Of a DNA stretch of 64,000 bases, positions 62,628-64,000 are shown one piece after another; the first letter of the stretch is position 1; each line of letters opens with the position of its first letter. The notes under the pieces were generated by a model. The model was not told the origin of the DNA. It made no database searches and was given only the letters and a program-made list of their open reading frames with translations. Both the position numbers and the translations under genes were made by a program. Origin of the DNA: an uncultured Desulfobulbaceae bacterium (GTDB lineage: Bacteria; Desulfobacterota; Desulfobulbia; Desulfobulbales; BM004); NCBI GenBank assembly GCA_947259115.1, contig CAMYKS010000005.1, positions 410 to 64,409 on the forward strand, read 5' to 3'.

Positions 62628-64000
62628 ATGAAAGAAACACCTCACGAACATTCAATGATCAATATTCTGCATAAAAAAGGCCGGGGGTTTCTGCTGGGCC
62701 TGGCAATCATTGCCATCGGTTCACTTGTCGGCGTTGGGTGGTATAACGTCTATAAACCTTTGCCCGCTGGAATTTCCTTTGCGGGCCGGGTATGGCCTGT
62801 AAAGGAAATCTCCTTCTACCGGGACCTGACGTGGGTTGATGCTGAAGGAGTGCGTCAATCCCAGCAGGAGATTTTTGACAAGGTTCTCAAAATGATTGAT
62901 GGAGCCAGGCAAGTTATTGTGCTTGACATGTTTCTTTTCAACGATTTTATGGGCAGGGACCAAGCACCTTACAGGAGGCTTGCCCGGGAAATTACAGATG
63001 CCCTTGTGGCCCGTAAAAAAAAATATCCCGAAATGCTGATAGTGGTAATCACAGACCCGGTAAACACGGTCTATGGAGGCATGGAAAACCCCTATTTTGA
63101 AAGGATGGCAGCTGAAAACATCCAGGTGATTTTTACAAAACTTGAGCGTTTGCGCGATAGTAATCCTGCCTATTCTGCTTTTTGGCGTCTCTTTGTTAAG
63201 CCTTTTGGTAACAACCCCAGTTCACTGGTACCAAATCCGTTTGGAAGCGGCCGTGTTTCCCTGCGCAGTTATCTGGCAATGTTTAATTTCAAGGCCAATC
63301 ATCGCAAACTCATAATTTGTGATGCTGAAGACAGCTACGCAGCCCTTGTAACCTCTGCAAACCCCCATGACGGAAGCAGTGCCCACGGCAATGTGGCCTT
63401 TTACTTTAAAGGCCCCCCGGTGCAAGACCTCCTGGAGAGCGAAAAGGCGGTACTTGATTTTTCAAAGGGAGCCGCTTTACCTTCTTTTGTTCCAGAAATA
63501 ATGGAAAGCAGTGATAGCGAAACCACTGTGCAGGTATTAAGCGAAAGCAAAATTAAGGACGTTCTGCTAACTGCCATAGAACAGGCAGGAGCAGGAGACA
63601 GGCTGGCAATGGTGGCATTCTACATGGCAGACAGGGAAATTGTCAGTGCCCTGAAGAAGGCCCACAGCCGCGGTGCAGCAGTCCGGGTTCTTCTTGACCC
63701 AAACAAGGATGCTTTTGGCAGGGAGAAAAACGGCATCCCCAACAGGCAAGTGGCTGCCGAACTGGTGAAGAATGGCATTTCTGTCAGGTGGAGTAATACC
63801 CATGGTGAGCAATTACATACCAAAATGCTTCTGGGGGAATATAAACTGGGCAAAAACATTGTTATTGCGGGATCGGCAAATTTTACCAGAAGAAACTTGG
63901 ATAATCTGAACCTGGAAACAGATATTGCGGTACACGGCTCTAAGGACATACCTTTGTTTGTGGATGTTAGAGAGTATATCGATTTGTTGTGGCACAACAG
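62628..64000 (+). CDS. Phospholipase D-like (HKD) membrane-anchored protein, 3' partial (runs off window end; absent from the ORF track)
   Basis: Translated by hand: MKETPHEHSMINILHKKGRGFLLGLAIIAIGSLVGVGWY (TM) ... ANHRKLIICDAEDSYAALVTSANPHDGSSAHGN (HKD1) ... LHTKMLLGEYKLGKNIVIAGSANFTRRN (HKD2-like). The frame is open to base 64000. The start is uncertain: in-frame ATGs also occur at 62493 and 62655. Confidence 0.75.
   Translation, partial: MKETPHEHSMINILHKKGRGFLLGLAIIAIGSLVGVGWYNVYKPLPAGISFAGRVWPVKEISFYRDLTWVDAEGVRQSQQEIFDKVLKMIDGARQVIVLDMFLFNDFMGRDQAPYRRLAREITDALVARKKKYPEMLIVVITDPVNTVYGGMENPYFERMAAENIQVIFTKLERLRDSNPAYSAFWRLFVKPFGNNPSSLVPNPFGSGRVSLRSYLAMFNFKANHRKLIICDAEDSYAALVTSANPHDGSSAHGNVAFYFKGPPVQDLLESEKAVLDFSKGAALPSFVPEIMESSDSETTVQVLSESKIKDVLLTAIEQAGAGDRLAMVAFYMADREIVSALKKAHSRGAAVRVLLDPNKDAFGREKNGIPNRQVAAELVKNGISVRWSNTHGEQLHTKMLLGEYKLGKNIVIAGSANFTRRNLDNLNLETDIAVHGSKDIPLFVDVREYIDLLWHN

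Noticed and set aside
1-64000. CRISPR arrays, rRNA genes, insertion sequences, toxin-antitoxin or classical defence genes
   Set aside because: I scanned both strands by eye. There are no regularly spaced direct repeats, no transposase, integrase or Cas-like translations, and no rRNA-like segments. The only repeats seen are those reported above.

Overview
The window reads as chromosomal DNA from an anaerobic, probably sulfate-reducer-like Desulfobacterota-type bacterium. That placement is an inference from gene content only: IOR/PaaK/Liv operon, PEP-CTERM proteins and heavy sigma-54 use. About 55 genes can be supported. All calls come from reading the supplied translations and the DNA by eye; no searches were run.

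Layout:
- 1-7.9 kb: the C-terminal end of a giant surface protein, a hybrid histidine kinase, two tandem REC-GGDEF(degenerate)-EAL regulators and a decayed third copy.
- 8-17.2 kb: a minus-strand cluster encoding SPOR-TolC, a small membrane-fusion protein (MFP), a truncated SecA-like ATPase, an M50 (site-2-protease)-HlyD fusion and a GAF-HlyD fusion. It contains no ABC, RND or MFS pump. This is my best candidate for an undescribed envelope-spanning secretion or processing system.
- 17.5-21.4 kb: a sigma-54-driven operon with a periplasmic double-HMA CxxC protein, a DUF2318-like lipoprotein and a MacB/FtsX-type ABC transporter.
- 21.7-25.8 kb: a REC-PAS-LuxR regulator and two PEP-CTERM proteins, each with an identically spaced sigma-54 promoter and palindromic upstream site.
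- 26-37.6 kb: housekeeping genes (topA, rsfS, gpmI, thrC, PNP, mtaD, two tatA).
- 37.7-48.5 kb: one long iorAB-paaK-ACT-liv-paaK operon.
- 48.7 kb onward: tRNA-Val and assorted small genes.
- 55.9-64 kb: a sigma-54-controlled VIT-vWA(GlyGly-CTERM)-rhombosortase-EBP-PLD operon, flanked by a second PLD-like gene.

I saw no CRISPR array, transposase, integrase or rRNA.
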